The translations under genes and the position numbers were made by a program. Source: Candidatus Latescibacterota bacterium (GTDB lineage Bacteria; Latescibacterota; UBA2968; GCA-2709665). Taken from it: a DNA stretch of 64,000 nucleotides. Under the pieces are notes generated by a model that was given only the letters and a program-made list of their open reading frames with translations, did no database searches and was not told the DNA's origin. Numbering within the stretch: position 1 is the stretch's first letter; each line of letters opens with the position of its first letter. Below are positions 60,503 to 64,000 of this stretch, one piece after another. The stretch is from the NCBI GenBank assembly GCA_965237675.1, contig OZ250150.1:4640001-4704000 (forward strand). Direction: 5' to 3'.

Positions 60503-61561
60503 TCGTCACCATCCTCAAACGGGTGATCGCCTACCTGCGTAAAGCCTGGCCCGACGTGGAGATCCTGTTACGTGGCGATGCGCATTTTTCGTGTCCGGAA
60601 GTGCACGTGTTGTGTGAGGAAGAAGATGTGTATTTTGTCCTCGGACAGAACGGCAACGCCAAACTCCTGCGGAAGGCACAGTCCTTGATAGACCAGGCCA
60701 AAACGCGGTATGCCGATTCCGGAGAAACCGTGCGCCTTTATCGCTGTTGGGCCTATCAGGCCGGCACCTGGGCGTGTCCACAACGCATCGTCTGCAAGGC
60801 GGAAGTGACACCGCAAGGTGTCAATATCCGATTCGTGGTCACCAACCTGAAGCGCGCCCAACCGTCATTCATCTACAAAACCGCCTATTGCACACGCGGC
60901 AGGATGGAAAACTTCATCAAAAATCACAAGACCTTTCTCCATTCCGATCGCACCTCTTGTCACACCTTCCAGGCCAATCACTTCCGTCTCTTTCTCCACA
61001 GCGCCGCCTATGTCCTGATGCACAGCCTGGCTGCAATCGGATTGCGCGGCACGAAGTGGACCAACGCACAGTTCAATACCCTGCAAAATCGTCTCTTGAA
61101 AGTCGCCGGGCGCGTTTGTGAGTTGAAAACTAAAATCAAGTTCCATCTGCCAACGGCGTTTCCACTCAAACACCTTTATGGCAAGATCCTCTATAATCTG
61201 GCAACGGGTGTTCCATAACCCATCGACGTGCTGACCCCGCCTTCACATTTGCATCGACCACCACCAAAGGTCATGGAGAAGTCTGTGCGCTTGACACGGG
61301 CATCGAGGTCAACCTGACGTCACGAGGCAAAGCAGGCGCCGCCCAAACGGCTTGAACACGCCAAATCCGTCACAGCCCATGCGCTTTCGTTTCTTGTCTC
61401 ACTCGGAAGCTCTTTCTGCTTCCTTAAAATGCTCTATCTGACGATTCATGAATTAATCGGGCTAGCATAACATATCCGCCGGTTAAGTACCCGCCAAAGC
61501 ATGGCGTAGGTGAGTTGGTCTCAGACCACGGCCCGCAAACGACGCCGCCCAAGAGGACATT

Positions 61562-62035
61562 TCATGTTGCGGTCCCAGCGTTGGGGTAGTTGGGCTTAAG
61601 CTTCAACTCCGTGAAGTACGGAGTAAACCCAAGTTTTGACCAGAAAGACTGGCCCCGCGGGTTCGTTGAAACGACGTCGAGCGCCATTTCAAAACCTTCC
61701 GGAAAACGCTCTCGCGCAAGCATCGCGAAGGCCATTGTTCCAAGACCTCGCCCTCGGTGATGTCTCTCTATGTAGAATTGACGAAGATAAACAACTGTCT
61801 GGTCTTCGTCGTAGTAATCAGATCTTTGCTTATACACCGCGTAGCCAGCAATGCTGTTCGATTCCAGAAACACGTCAATCTGCCATTCGCCAGACTTCAG
61901 CCACGCCTTGAAGCGATCCTCCAGATCGGAAACTGAAAATGGATTCTCGCTACCTTGGTCTTCAACCAGCCGATCGTTCATCTGCGCCAGGAGATGAAGG
62001 TCGTCGGGAATGGCGGTTCTGAGCTTGATCGGCAT
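61562..62035 (-). CDS. GNAT N-acetyltransferase
   Basis: QFYIERHHRGRGLG, NPRGQSFWSKLGF. Confidence 0.9.
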   Translation of the reverse strand: MPIKLRTAIPDDLHLLAQMNDRLVEDQGSENPFSVSDLEDRFKAWLKSGEWQIDVFLESNSIAGYAVYKQRSDYYDEDQTVVYLRQFYIERHHRGRGLGTMAFAMLARERFPEGFEMALDVVSTNPRGQSFWSKLGFTPYFTELKLKPNYPNAGTAT

Positions 62036-62092
62036 TGTGGAAGCCTCTTATGTATCGGTCATGCGTTGATGCGACTTTCACGAAGCGAATGG

Positions 62093-62923
62093 TCAGGGCT
62101 GTCGACCATCGACGTCTCTAAATCCGTACTCTCGGGCCAAGTCGGGGACCTCCAGATATGGTTTCACGTCGACCTTGCTCATCACCTCCGCGTCCCCAGC
62201 CAAAGCTGCGATTGCCCTGCCCGAGTATAACGGTGTAAACGTCTTCTCCAGGTCCTCAGGTTTGGTGTTCTCATCGGGTTCCCATGTTCGCATGTATTGG
62301 TGTTCGTCGCCAAGCGACAGCAGGACAACTGCTATCCCGTTTTCTCGGCATTCCTCTGCCATTCCATGCGTCATTCTATATATCGCGGACTTGAACGTAT
62401 CATAGAACAGATTTGGGTGGAACTTGCTGTCCGGATTGATCCCACTGGTGGTGTTGACAATCAAACCGTGTCCCTGCTCCAGCATGATCGAAATTGCGCC
62501 CCGTGCAGCCGTCATATGGGATCTCAACCCGGCTCCGTACATGAGTTCCCACTGCCTCATTGGTAGTTCCCAGAATCGTTTTCGCCCCCAGAATCCATCG
62601 CCCATCTCGTAGCCGCCCCAGGCGTTGTTCACGAGCACATCCAGCCGACCTTGTTCTTTCTTTACTTGACTGAAGAGTCCTTCAACCTGCTCATCTTTCG
62701 TGTGATCTACCCGGACAGGAATCCCCTCGCCGCCCCGTTGAGTCACCGTTTCGGCCGTGTCTTCTATGGTTTCGCCCGGGATGTCCTTAGTCTGGTTCCC
62801 GCGGATGCTGCGTCCCGTCACATATACAATCGCGCCGGCCTCGCCAAGCGCGGTGGCAATGCCCTTCCCCCCACCGCGGCTTGCTCCAGTCACCACGGCT
62901 ACTCTGTTTGCCAAAGTCTTCAT
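62093..62923 (-). CDS. short-chain dehydrogenase/reductase (SDR)
   Basis: VTGASRGGGKG, LVNNAWGG, YDTFK (YxxxK). Confidence 0.92.
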   Translation of the reverse strand: MKTLANRVAVVTGASRGGGKGIATALGEAGAIVYVTGRSIRGNQTKDIPGETIEDTAETVTQRGGEGIPVRVDHTKDEQVEGLFSQVKKEQGRLDVLVNNAWGGYEMGDGFWGRKRFWELPMRQWELMYGAGLRSHMTAARGAISIMLEQGHGLIVNTTSGINPDSKFHPNLFYDTFKSAIYRMTHGMAEECRENGIAVVLLSLGDEHQYMRTWEPDENTKPEDLEKTFTPLYSGRAIAALAGDAEVMSKVDVKPYLEVPDLAREYGFRDVDGRQP

Positions 62924-63117
62924 CTTTCGGATTCCCTGTCCCCTGGTTGTACTGACGCATAACGATCAACTTTGCGGAAGCGGATCTGTCGGGGTCAATC
63001 TGTCATCCGCCGTTTTGGGACCCGTGAAGCATATCCGCCGCGAGAACCAGGTAGAATGCGGCCTGCAGCAATTTGCCGTCTGAACAAACAGTTTGACAGG
63101 AAATGGTCGCGGCAGAC

Positions 63118-64000
63118 TCAGGCGCGCAGGCGCTCGAGGCATTCCTCATAAGCTTCAAAGCGCTCGCCTTCGCGCTCCTCGGGATCGACCTTCTTGAGGA
63201 ACAACGCGCTGCCCGGCTTCCTGCCGGTAAACTCACGGTGGCTCTTGATATGTGCCGGATCCTCACCGCTCCACTTAACCTCGCCATCCTGCAGATACAC
63301 AAAGTTCCCCCGGTGTTCCTCGATCATCGCTTGCATGCGATCGCGATAGAAGAGTCCCTGCTCACAAGCCGTTTCCCTTACCGTGGCCATGATTTCAGGC
63401 GGATCTTCCTCGTCAGAGTCAAATTCGTTCAATGGACCCCCGACTTCACTCTTGAAGTCAATTTCGTCGAGATTGACGGTTCCGAATCCGCTCTGCGCGG
63501 CGACGAGGAGATGGTTGCGGTCGCGTCGGAATGGTGGCGCAGGCCAATCGGACGCGGGATCGTGCCCCATCAGGCTGGCGCCGACGGCATCGGTGGCTAT
63601 GATCTGGTCGCCCGCGATAAGGGTGTTGCACACGCGGCCCTCGCCGCCCCACTCACGTCCCCATTGACCGGTCGTGGCGTCGACGATATTGAGACACGGG
63701 TTGGTAATGCGCGCCAGATCGGGCAGCACGTAGGACAGCCGGATTGCGTGGTGGAAATAGGTGCGCACCCGACCCTCCGGCGGGATCGTAGGCGTGAGGC
63801 CGAACAGGTTCTTGGTACAAAGTGTGACTCCCATGAAGAGGTGGTTCTTCATCTTGGCGACGGAAACGACCTCGTCCGCTTCGCTGAAGCACCGGCTGAG
63901 CGTGTAGCGCTGAAACATGCAACCGCCTCCCGGCACGTCATACTCGGCGAACGGGGGCAGATTTGACTCCACGTACTCGACGTCGAATTCCTCGAGCAGC
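63118..64000 (-). CDS. DUF362 family protein (5' end outside the window)
   Basis: SVAKMKNH, GVTLCTKNLFG, LNIVDA, IATDAVGASLMG; the frame is open to the window edge. Confidence 0.85.
   Translation of the reverse strand, partial: LLEEFDVEYVESNLPPFAEYDVPGGGCMFQRYTLSRCFSEADEVVSVAKMKNHLFMGVTLCTKNLFGLTPTIPPEGRVRTYFHHAIRLSYVLPDLARITNPCLNIVDATTGQWGREWGGEGRVCNTLIAGDQIIATDAVGASLMGHDPASDWPAPPFRRDRNHLLVAAQSGFGTVNLDEIDFKSEVGGPLNEFDSDEEDPPEIMATVRETACEQGLFYRDRMQAMIEEHRGNFVYLQDGEVKWSGEDPAHIKSHREFTGRKPGSALFLKKVDPEEREGERFEAYEECLERLRA

Larger units (their letters stand above)
58421..61218 (+). pseudogene. IS1380-family transposase in two parts (58421-59077 and 60511-61218)
   Basis: FDGGVLTTDVG, GYEDAND, LASQPTMSRFEN, LDID, RGDAHF, YCTRGRMENFIK; GKEIVT-ILKRVIA rejoins in frame. 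Confidence 0.92.
58341..61461 (+). mobile_element. IS1380-family element interrupted by an IS256-family element
   Basis: Terminal repeats CCTGAATAATTCA / TGAATTAATCGGG, flanks TTAG / CTAG; split transposase inside. Confidence 0.88.

Noticed and set aside
63103-63966. Long plus-strand ORFs such as 63103-63966, 51116-52018, 20246-20995, 41333-41980 and 33377-34009
   Set aside because: They are antisense shadows of well-supported minus-strand genes in GC-rich DNA.
1-64000. Integron integrase, reverse transcriptase, prophage genes, rRNA or tRNA
   Set aside because: No tyrosine-recombinase, RT (YxDD), phage structural or structural-RNA signature was recognised in the ORF track or sequence.

Overview
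Bacterial accessory region with no housekeeping genes, rRNA, tRNA or CRISPR array that I can see. About 60 short, functionally unrelated genes (GNATs, SAM methyltransferases, VOC/glyoxalases, NUDIX, nucleotidyltransferases, phosphotransferases, two AAC(3) paralogues, toxin-antitoxin pairs) lie almost all on the minus strand. The gaps between them repeatedly carry one degenerate motif, (Y)AAC-N5/6-CCGGTYTGCGAA, often closed by a GTT core next to the neighbouring stop codon. This fits a large, eroding integron-type cassette array with decayed attC sites and no integrase in the window. A plus-strand island (7160-12379) holds a four-gene operon: an unknown protein, a Walker-A-less DUF2791/BrxD-like protein, an intact DUF2791/BrxD-like ATPase and an SNF2 helicase. 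It is a candidate undescribed defence system. Other structure includes a REP-like palindrome apparently nested into itself inside the attC-like spacers, a 213-bp TTAA-targeting MITE splitting a kinase gene, an IS256 inserted in an IS1380, a candidate PD-(D/E)XK nuclease two-gene unit, and many pseudogenes. All family calls come from motif recognition by eye; no database search was run.
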